Below, in pieces: positions 58,301 to 64,000 of a stretch of DNA of 64,000 nt (the stretch's first letter is position 1; each line of letters opens with the position of its first letter). The notes beneath the pieces were generated by a model. The model was not told the origin of the DNA. It saw only the letters and a program-made list of their open reading frames with translations, and did not search any database. Both the position numbers and the translations under genes were made by a program. Origin of the DNA: a virus (lineage: Duplodnaviria > Caudoviricetes); IMG/VR virus record IMGVR_UViG_3300033463_000005, positions 96,001-160,000 of that record; one strand, given 5' to 3'.

Positions 58301-58414
58301 ATGTCACCCTGCTGAGTGGCAATTGGAATAATGCTAGTAATGCAGGATTGATGTATTGGAATGTGAATAATACCACGTCGAATCGGAATCGGAATATCAG
58401 TACCCACCAATGTT
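58301..58414 (+). ncRNA. DGR template repeat (TR)
   Basis: 114 nt, AAT-rich, gaplessly matches the reverse complement of 59849-59962 with differences only at A. Confidence 0.95.
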
Positions 58415-58529
58415 GTGAAATTTATATGTGTACGTTCCAAACCACACCTCTTGGTGAAATACATAACATGTGATAATCCGTATTGGTAACGAAAGTGAAG
58501 ATTCGGTAATACCACAACACAAAGGATGA

Positions 58530-59639
58530 ATGTATAAAATGAAACGTGAATTATATGCCCCCGGGAAACCCGGGGTCACATTATTTGATGACATTATTTC
58601 CATGGATAATCTAAGAGAGGCACATAAACATGCAAGAATGAATAAAACATGGTATAAGGAAGTACAAATGGTCGATTCTGATCCAGATTATTATTTACAA
58701 CGAATTCATGATGCATTATACAGCCATACATTTCATACATCAAACTATGATATATTTGAACGCCAAGAATTTAATAAAACCCGCGTAATATATAAATTAC
58801 CATATTATCCAGATAGAATTGTTCAGTGGGCAATCATATTAAAAATTCGACACATATTGGAACGGACATTTATTTCAACAACATATTCATCTATTCCAAA
58901 TAGAGGACCTTTGCGATGTATGATAAAAGTTCACAAAGATATGTGTCATGATTATTATGGAACAATGTGGTGTCTAAAATTGGATATTCACCATTATTAT
59001 CCATCGATTGATCACATGATTTTGAAACAAATGTATCGACGATTATTCAAAGACGATGAATTATTATGGTTAATAGATGATATAATTGATTCAGTTCCAA
59101 ACGATAAAGGGGTTCCAATTGGAAATTTCTTATCACAGTATTCCGGGAATTTATATTTAACATGGTTTGATCATTGGGTCAAAGAAGTTTTACATGTTAA
59201 ATATTATTATCGATACATGGATGATATGGTATTTTTATTTGGTGATCCAAAAGTAGCATGGAGTGTATTTTCTAAAGTGACTGAATATCTGAATATAATG
59301 CTGCGCTTAAGTCTAAAAGAAAATTATCAGTTATACCATGTCGATACAGATGGCATTGATTTTGTTGGATTCAGAATTTACCATGATCATGTTTTGATAC
59401 GGAATCGAATTAAAAAGAATTATATTCGAAAAGTGAAAAAATATAGATTCAGAAAAATGACACCATCAATATTATCATCATATTCGTCATATATGGGATT
59501 TCTACAACATGCGAATACATACAATTTGCAAAAATTACATTCACGCGAAATTGATTTAAATTGGGGATTAAAACGAGATATCAAGACAATAAGAAATCAA
59601 CCATATTTCAGATTGTTTAAAACAAATAAACAAAAATGA
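58530..59639 (+). CDS. DGR reverse transcriptase
   Basis: PYYPDRIVQWAI, KLDIHHYYPSIDH, GVPIGNFLSQ (DGR-type GxxxSQ), RYMDD, GIDFVGF. Confidence 0.95.
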   Translation: MYKMKRELYAPGKPGVTLFDDIISMDNLREAHKHARMNKTWYKEVQMVDSDPDYYLQRIHDALYSHTFHTSNYDIFERQEFNKTRVIYKLPYYPDRIVQWAIILKIRHILERTFISTTYSSIPNRGPLRCMIKVHKDMCHDYYGTMWCLKLDIHHYYPSIDHMILKQMYRRLFKDDELLWLIDDIIDSVPNDKGVPIGNFLSQYSGNLYLTWFDHWVKEVLHVKYYYRYMDDMVFLFGDPKVAWSVFSKVTEYLNIMLRLSLKENYQLYHVDTDGIDFVGFRIYHDHVLIRNRIKKNYIRKVKKYRFRKMTPSILSSYSSYMGFLQHANTYNLQKLHSREIDLNWGLKRDIKTIRNQPYFRLFKTNKQK

Positions 59640-59671
59640 ATTCGGTTTTATTCATATAACAATAAAGATGA

Positions 59672-59695
59672 ATGGGGGCGCATATGCGCCCCCAT
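59672..59695. terminator. Perfect palindrome between convergent RT and target genes
   Basis: ATGGGGGCGCATATGCGCCCCCAT, identical to 33125-33148. Confidence 0.8.
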
Positions 59696-59831
59696 GGTGT
59701 ATATAGTATAAAAATCGCATACATCGGCGGCAAGTATATAAAGTTGCCGCCATTGTTTATACTAGATTCTATATTGATTACATTGCGGGCGGTATTTTTA
59801 AATGATACCTTTGCGACATTTTGTGTTCACA

Positions 59832-61670
59832 TTATGTTTGAGGATAGTAACACAGGCGGGCACCGATATACCGAGCCCGAGCCGACGCGGCATTATACAC
59901 AATCCAATACATCAATCCCGCATAACCAGCATAATACCAACGGCCACCCAGCAGGGCGACATACCAGCCATTGGAAGTATTGTGATAATTGTAATCTCCA
60001 ATAACTCCATTTGCAGATCCAGACGAATATTCAGATCCAATGAATACCCAGTCGGTATCTGAATTCCCATAACCGAATGCGGTGACATAATTGTTTGTTG
60101 TTGGTGACTTGAATCCAACATCTGTAAATCCAGTAGAAGTTCCTTCTGTGAAGGTGAAATCATTACACACAAAGAATGATACTGCTGATGATGCCGTTTG
60201 GGCATTCAGACCCATTGCAAAAGTCCATATATTACCCCAGGCATTTTCTTTACCGCGATATGACACAGCAAGTTTATTTGCTGCTGTTTGGTCGGTTCCT
60301 TGCCAATCCTTTGTAATTGTAGCATTGCCAGAAGCATTACCGAGCGATGATGTAGAACCAGTGTACGATGAACAGTTCTTTGATGAATCAGGATCAGAAC
60401 CGAATGCAACACCATTTCCGAGTGACAACTGTGAATTGGCAGAAGCATACTCAATAATGAATAACATCTGATCCACCGATGCCACTTTGAATGTTTCAGA
60501 GTGCCACCCAGCACCACGGTTTTGCGCAAGTTTCTCCGAATTTGCCCGCGTCAAATTATTAGATGTTGTTTCACCGGACATTGCACGCACATTTGCAATA
60601 GATGAAAGTTTATCTTCGTCGACATTCATAACCTGTGAATCATCAGTAATGTATGCAGATGCAGATGTATCATACAGGCATCCTTCATATGCACTAATGA
60701 GAACATAATCAACAACATTACCAGCTTCATTGATAAATGCAGGATGGAGTTTGAATCCAGGAATTGGATAATCGGAAAGATAATAATTACAAGTTCTAAT
60801 ATGGTAACCACCCAATGGGTTTGCATCCTTTGTTACTGGTTCCACCTTGTAATAGAACTTCGGTTGATAAACCATTACCTGTCCCATTGAGCCATCTTCT
60901 GCAAAGTTTGCGTCACCATACCACGATGTGATAGTACCATCATCAGCAACAGTACAGCGCTTTCTATCTTTATAAGCATGGAAAGCAGATGGAATACCAG
61001 CAACGATTCGGCAGTTCGATGCATTCTGGTAATCAATATATGTCTGAACATATGTGTTGTAATCCCACATTGCAGTGATATCTGCTGCTGTAATTGGGAC
61101 AATCGCATTATATGAATTCGTAATAGAGGAATAGATACCGGATGACTTAACTGGATTTGTGGAAGATTGTAATGGTTCATTATCAAATGTCAACCCATCA
61201 ATATCAGTGATTTGTATTTTTACGATAATAATGTATCCGCTACCATTCAAACCGGTTGCACTATATACATCCAACGTATTATTTGCAAATGCATTGATAC
61301 CGTATCCGGTGAACTCTTGAACACCGGATTCTGCAGTCTTTCTCAAAATGATATGATGCTTATAACCATTGATTGTTGGCGTAAACAGAATCTCTGAATA
61401 ATCACCATTTCTCATGCTTTGAAGTTTTGCCACATCTGCAGATGTTGGTTCAAATCTCCATGTAACAGAACCAGTTGATGTTGCTGTTCCAGTAATTTCG
61501 GGAACATTCGCAAGATTCGACAGTTTCGTTTGAAACGCGGTTGTGAAATCGTTCGTGGACAAACCTTTTCCACTCTCGGTATCTACCTTCAAATCAAGTG
61601 CTTGTTGCACCAATTTTATCAGTTCTTCAACACCTGAACGATTCACAAATTCTTTTGTTTCGAATGGCAT
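59832..61670 (-). CDS. DGR target: fibre/receptor-binding protein with C-terminal CLec-like domain
   Basis: KVD..GKGLSTNDFT N-motif; VMVYQPKFYY, GFKLHPAF, YRGKENAWGNIW; VR at the 3' end. Confidence 0.9.
   Translation of the reverse strand: MPFETKEFVNRSGVEELIKLVQQALDLKVDTESGKGLSTNDFTTAFQTKLSNLANVPEITGTATSTGSVTWRFEPTSADVAKLQSMRNGDYSEILFTPTINGYKHHIILRKTAESGVQEFTGYGINAFANNTLDVYSATGLNGSGYIIIVKIQITDIDGLTFDNEPLQSSTNPVKSSGIYSSITNSYNAIVPITAADITAMWDYNTYVQTYIDYQNASNCRIVAGIPSAFHAYKDRKRCTVADDGTITSWYGDANFAEDGSMGQVMVYQPKFYYKVEPVTKDANPLGGYHIRTCNYYLSDYPIPGFKLHPAFINEAGNVVDYVLISAYEGCLYDTSASAYITDDSQVMNVDEDKLSSIANVRAMSGETTSNNLTRANSEKLAQNRGAGWHSETFKVASVDQMLFIIEYASANSQLSLGNGVAFGSDPDSSKNCSSYTGSTSSLGNASGNATITKDWQGTDQTAANKLAVSYRGKENAWGNIWTFAMGLNAQTASSAVSFFVCNDFTFTEGTSTGFTDVGFKSPTTNNYVTAFGYGNSDTDWVFIGSEYSSGSANGVIGDYNYHNTSNGWYVALLGGRWYYAGYAGLMYWIVYNAASARARYIGARLCYYPQT
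59849..59962 (-). repeat. DGR variable repeat (VR)
   Basis: 23 substitutions versus TR, all at TR adenines. Confidence 0.95.
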
Positions 61671-61688
61671 ATCTTATAACACCTCCTG

Positions 61689-62372
61689 TTATGAGTTGGA
61701 TGTATCATTCCAGATTGTATCAATTGTCGTAGATGAAATTGGAGAGAATGAACCATCCAGACTATCGATTGTACCAGTAATGATTTTGTTCTGAACTGGA
61801 TTTTCTGATTCCAATGACATGACTGCATCAACAGTCATTGTGGTTGTACCGATGTACTCCCAGTTGTTATCGAGTGTATATGTATACTCTTCGAATTCTG
61901 TTGCAGTTGTCAAACCAACGAGATACACCCAACCTGGTTGTGGATCTTGAACATTTGCCAAATCTGCAACGGTATCAACACGACCCTTCATCATCATTGG
62001 ATTCTGAATTGATGCAAGTTTTTGTTTTTCTTGTGCCGTGTAATCTTCTTCGGACAATCCATATCCTTCGATCTTATTTACTTTTTCATTCAACAATGCA
62101 TCGGTTTGTGCTTTGGTGTATGCATCTACAGCTCCACCGCCACCGCCAGGAGCCATATCAGGGAAATAATCATAAAAGTTTGTTCCATCAATTGGCGTAC
62201 CATCTTCATCCGTAATGAAGTATTTCGAAATCTGAATCAGATCCCATACTTCTTGACCTGTTGCGGAATATCCTGTAACAGGATTCGGTTGGTTGATTAC
62301 TGCAATATTGATTGCGCGCAATGGTGGTACGGATCGATCAACGACATTAATCGTGACAGTCGTATCTGCCAT
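61689..62372 (-). CDS. Fibre/adaptor protein, shared anchor domain copy 1
   Basis: INVVDRSV.PL..NIAVINQPNPV; GLSEEDYT; SENPVQNKII. Confidence 0.75.
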   Translation of the reverse strand: MADTTVTINVVDRSVPPLRAINIAVINQPNPVTGYSATGQEVWDLIQISKYFITDEDGTPIDGTNFYDYFPDMAPGGGGGAVDAYTKAQTDALLNEKVNKIEGYGLSEEDYTAQEKQKLASIQNPMMMKGRVDTVADLANVQDPQPGWVYLVGLTTATEFEEYTYTLDNNWEYIGTTTMTVDAVMSLESENPVQNKIITGTIDSLDGSFSPISSTTIDTIWNDTSNS

Positions 62373-62393
62373 GTGATTTCACACCTTTCTATT

Positions 62394-63488
62394 TCAATTA
62401 GTATTATTACCGGTATTAACATCATTAACATCAGATCCAATCAGTGATTGCCATGATGAATTGACCTTTAAGAATGTATCGATGACTTCATCATCATATT
62501 GCCCTGCAATGAAAGATACAGTTCCTTGATTTGGATAAAATACATCATTGACAATATCATACATACCAATCGCATTATCAGAATCACGTTCTGCTGGAAC
62601 AAAATGACGAACCAATGTTCCATTATCCCATTGCTTACAATAATAGATTCTGAAGTTATTGATAGAACTGATATCACCACCACGAGCAAACAAATACAGT
62701 GGTGTTCCAACAGATATACCACTCCAGTTACCAGTTTGCTTTACGGATCCATCGACACTGATACCATTTTCATCAACAACAAATGTGTGAATATCAGTAT
62801 CATTTGCTTGAATCGCACCGCCACTAACAATGTATCCTTCAAACCTGTTATTTTGGAAACCGAGAATTGGTGATCCCTTACTTCCAGAGAATGCCCCATA
62901 GAACCATGTATTATGGTTGGGAGTACCAACCAACTGTGCTGAAATTTCACAAGAGATATTTGAAGAACTTGTTAATCCGGTATCGATATATGCTCCAACT
63001 GTTGATCCCGTTTGAATATATGATAATGCGGTATATCCGGTTGGGAGATCGGCATTATCAATATATCGCACATATATATCTCCATTGTTTCCGATCGCAT
63101 CTGATGGTACTGATGATCCCGCTAATACAGTCGCGCTTTTTATAATAGATGGAACATCCACAACTACTGTAGAATATCCATCCGCATCATCATCTATTGC
63201 AGAATACTCTCCATTTTCAGTAATTGTTTTATCAATCAAAATGGCGGATCCACCACCGCCTCCACCACCACCAGATTTCGGAAAGTATTTATAATAATTC
63301 AAACCAGATACTTGTTCACCGTTTTCATCCGTGATAAAATAATTCGGAATTTGAATCAACTTTGCAACTTCATCTGCAGTTGCCGTATATCCTTCAACTG
63401 GATTTGGTTGATTGATGACCGCAATATTCACATGGTTTAATGGTGCAACCGAACGGTCCACAACATTAATTACCAATGTATTTGCCAT
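62394..63488 (-). CDS. Fibre protein, shared anchor domain copy 2, with lectin/ConA-like C-domain
   Basis: Same N-domain plus Gly linker; LP.GYT.L.YI..YIDTG..LVRHFVPA..GMYDIV. Confidence 0.75.
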   Translation of the reverse strand: MANTLVINVVDRSVAPLNHVNIAVINQPNPVEGYTATADEVAKLIQIPNYFITDENGEQVSGLNYYKYFPKSGGGGGGGGSAILIDKTITENGEYSAIDDDADGYSTVVVDVPSIIKSATVLAGSSVPSDAIGNNGDIYVRYIDNADLPTGYTALSYIQTGSTVGAYIDTGLTSSSNISCEISAQLVGTPNHNTWFYGAFSGSKGSPILGFQNNRFEGYIVSGGAIQANDTDIHTFVVDENGISVDGSVKQTGNWSGISVGTPLYLFARGGDISSINNFRIYYCKQWDNGTLVRHFVPAERDSDNAIGMYDIVNDVFYPNQGTVSFIAGQYDDEVIDTFLKVNSSWQSLIGSDVNDVNTGNNTN

Positions 63489-63518
63489 GCGATTTCACAC
63501 CTTTCTATTTCAAATAAA

Positions 63519-63550
63519 AACATATGCGGGGGTAGATCCCCGCATATGTT
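63519..63550 (-). terminator. Intrinsic terminator
   Basis: AACATATGCGGGG/CCCCGCATATGTT with T-run on -. Confidence 0.75.
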
Positions 63551-63560
63551 CATATACACA

Positions 63561-64000
63561 TTATTGCGTGTTTGTAACCGGGATCAGTTTACCAGTTGCA
63601 ATATCATTCTGGAATGCTTCTGCAACTGTAACAGATTCATCATCGGTTGTCGTATAATCTTCATTGACTTGATACAGAATACCCTTTGTGATCCATGTCA
63701 ATGCACCTTCATGATAGAAGGTTGCTTTCTTATACTCTTCCGATGTATAATACATATTGTTGATATCTGCACGGAGCGTTGCAATCTGTTCTGTCATCAA
63801 TGCAACTGTTGCTTTGAGATCTTCAACTTCCTTCACAAGTTTATCCACAATTTCTTGTGTTGGTTCATACAAAGCTTTGTATACACCAAATGCGTCACCT
63901 GCAGCAATTGTATTTGACATAAATGCAACAAATGAAATCTTCAACCGTGTTGTGACATTCAATTGAACTGCCATGCCATGGTTGATATCCACGGATGCAA
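63561..64000 (-). CDS. 3' part of a tail-cluster gene, probably truncated by the window end
   Basis: Frame open to the edge; coiled coil followed by a small C-terminal domain. Confidence 0.6.
   Translation of the reverse strand, partial: ASVDINHGMAVQLNVTTRLKISFVAFMSNTIAAGDAFGVYKALYEPTQEIVDKLVKEVEDLKATVALMTEQIATLRADINNMYYTSEEYKKATFYHEGALTWITKGILYQVNEDYTTTDDESVTVAEAFQNDIATGKLIPVTNTQ

Noticed and set aside
58530-59639. RT as group II intron or retron
   Set aside because: GxxxSQ motif, lack of intron RNA domains and an A-specific TR/VR pair identify a DGR.
1-64000. Stop-codon reassignment or nucleus-forming genes
   Set aside because: Genes are intact in code 11 with dense coding; no chimallin or tubulin recognised here, so nothing can be concluded for the rest of the genome.

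Overview
A segment of a large (jumbo) tailed phage genome in the standard genetic code. Cell-wall enzymes, holin type and strong Shine-Dalgarno sites suggest a Firmicutes/Clostridia host (inference). Left part (1-33 kb): virion morphogenesis, including a >1500-aa tail protein with a C39-like peptidase domain, major capsid protein, prohead protease, gp25-like baseplate protein, an RNA polymerase beta C-terminal piece, a family of internal head proteins sharing an N-terminal leader and hydrophobic-Q-E processing sites, and an amidase carrying an intein. Middle (34-49 kb): split family-B DNA polymerase, type IIA topoisomerase A subunit, SF2 helicase, SleB-like hydrolase, holin, DHH phosphoesterase and an RNAP beta-prime piece. 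Right (49-64 kb): a free-standing ~560-nt densely structured non-coding RNA candidate with its own promoter and terminator, then a tail-fibre cluster holding a diversity-generating retroelement. Its template repeat (58301-58414) and RT are on +, its target variable repeat (59849-59962) is on -, all 23 mismatches fall at template adenines, and no Avd gene is seen. A second VR-like target does not match this template. Two recurrent promoter-like motifs and a family of GC-rich palindromes organise the region. All calls come from reading motifs by eye; no database search or folding program was run.
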